Assembly (NCBI RefSeq): GCF_001194135.2
Contig: NC_068992.1
Location: forward strand, 35,417,819 to 35,454,240
Reading direction: 5' to 3'
DNA: 36,422 nt
DNA from: Octopus bimaculoides
Taxonomy: Eukaryota
The translations under genes and the position numbers were made by a program. The notes beneath the pieces are model-generated. The model worked only from the letters and a program-made list of their open reading frames with translations, did not search any database and was not told the DNA's origin. Shown in pieces: positions 35,397 to 36,422 of the stretch. How positions within the stretch are numbered: position 1 is the first letter of the stretch; each line of letters starts with the position of its first letter.

Positions 35397-35406
35397 NNNN
35401 NNNNNN

Positions 35407-35477
<71 letters not shown>
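35407..35477. repeat. (TG)n microsatellite
   Basis: Perfect run after a 10-N gap. Similar CA, TA, GT and CT tracts occur throughout, e.g. 633-672, 8490-8584, 10510-10541, 15020-15092, 20888-20937, 23570-23612, 25867-25913, 27428-27468, 27787-27855. Confidence 0.95.
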
Positions 35478-35479
<2 letters not shown>

Positions 35480-35870
35480 CTTTATCCAAAGTAACCGCAC
35501 ATTGGTTCATTGAATATATCTCATTAAAGTTAGCACCAGAGTGCAAAACGGAAAGAATTTTACTTTAACGTTTCAGCTAAATAGCAATCTTAACAATCTG
35601 AGAAATCATTTCTTATACATAAACGTATGTATGGCAGGTCTAGGCTGCAGTGTCCAAATTTCTGTAAGTGTAAGTGTGCCTAGAAAAGCATGTTCAGTGT
35701 ATGATATAAACTCTAGTAAACAGACACACACAAAGACACACACACATACACACAAACAACCAGAACATACATACACGCATACATGTGGAAATATACAGAA
35801 AATCATATAAATATACATACACACATATGTACATACATATATATATATATATGTATAGATAAACAGATAG

Positions 35871-35882
<12 letters not shown>

Positions 35883-35951
<69 letters not shown>
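35883..35951. repeat. (GATA)n tetranucleotide microsatellite
   Basis: Perfect ATAG run. Confidence 0.96.
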
Positions 35952-36353
35952 CACATACAAATATATATATGACATAACACATTGGAAATACTTTGTTCAA
36001 TTTTTTTTTTTATCATTTAAGAGAAGTCCTGATAAACTTTTAGATTATGAGAATCTGGAACACCAGCACCTCTATCATCACCATCATCATCATTAAGATC
36101 ATTACAGCTACGTTATCAATATCATTATCGGCATGATTTATTTATTTATTTATATTTTTGCTTTCAGGAAGTTTTACAGAATAAATTTAGTTTTATTTTG
36201 AAATCGATTACGTTTATGATGATTTCATGTAGATTATCTTTCTGCTGCCTCTTCTACCTCTTTTCTTTCTTCTCTCTGTCCCCCCTCTCTGTCTCTCTGC
36301 CTCTCCTTCTCTGTGCATAAACATACCTGCATATGGCCACAGCTCTGAGCTGA

Positions 36354-36385
<32 letters not shown>

Positions 36386-36422
36386 CATACATACATATAT
36401 ACATACAAATATATATATATAT

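Larger units (their letters stand above)
673..35406. other. Ten assembly gaps (N runs; span given is first to last)
   Basis: 673-967, 7795-7929, 8585-9077, 10542-10796, 14379-15019, 20815-20887, 25914-26001, 30068-30845, 32049-32517 and 35397-35406; 3237 N in total. Confidence 0.97.

Overview
AT-rich, repeat-dense eukaryotic DNA. It is most likely from an octopus or other coleoid cephalopod, inferred from my recollection of the tRNA-derived SINE families and from the extreme microsatellite load. About 3.2 kb is N, in 10 assembly gaps that mostly abut (TA)n or (GT)n tracts. No host protein-coding gene can be supported; most ORFs in the track are microsatellite or N artefacts. The window is a transposon graveyard: a Ty3/gypsy pol relic, a near-full-length mariner, a DD37D (maT) element, a Tc1/mariner deletion derivative, two Penelope-like (PLE) fragments, an R4/Dong-like LINE fragment, a probable RTE-like fragment, a Helitron helicase fragment, a separate Helitron-like 3' end, six SINE pieces from three families, and two foldback MITEs. 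The best observation is a complete minimal type I hammerhead ribozyme motif on the minus strand at 26910-26965. It sits in the unique middle of a ~1.5-mer of a 473-bp unit that is flanked by (TA)n, a retrozyme-like architecture. A second ~1.5-mer (249-bp unit) with a decayed hammerhead-like motif lies downstream of a Penelope RT/GIY-YIG ORF. All assignments are from manual reading and translation; no database search was run.
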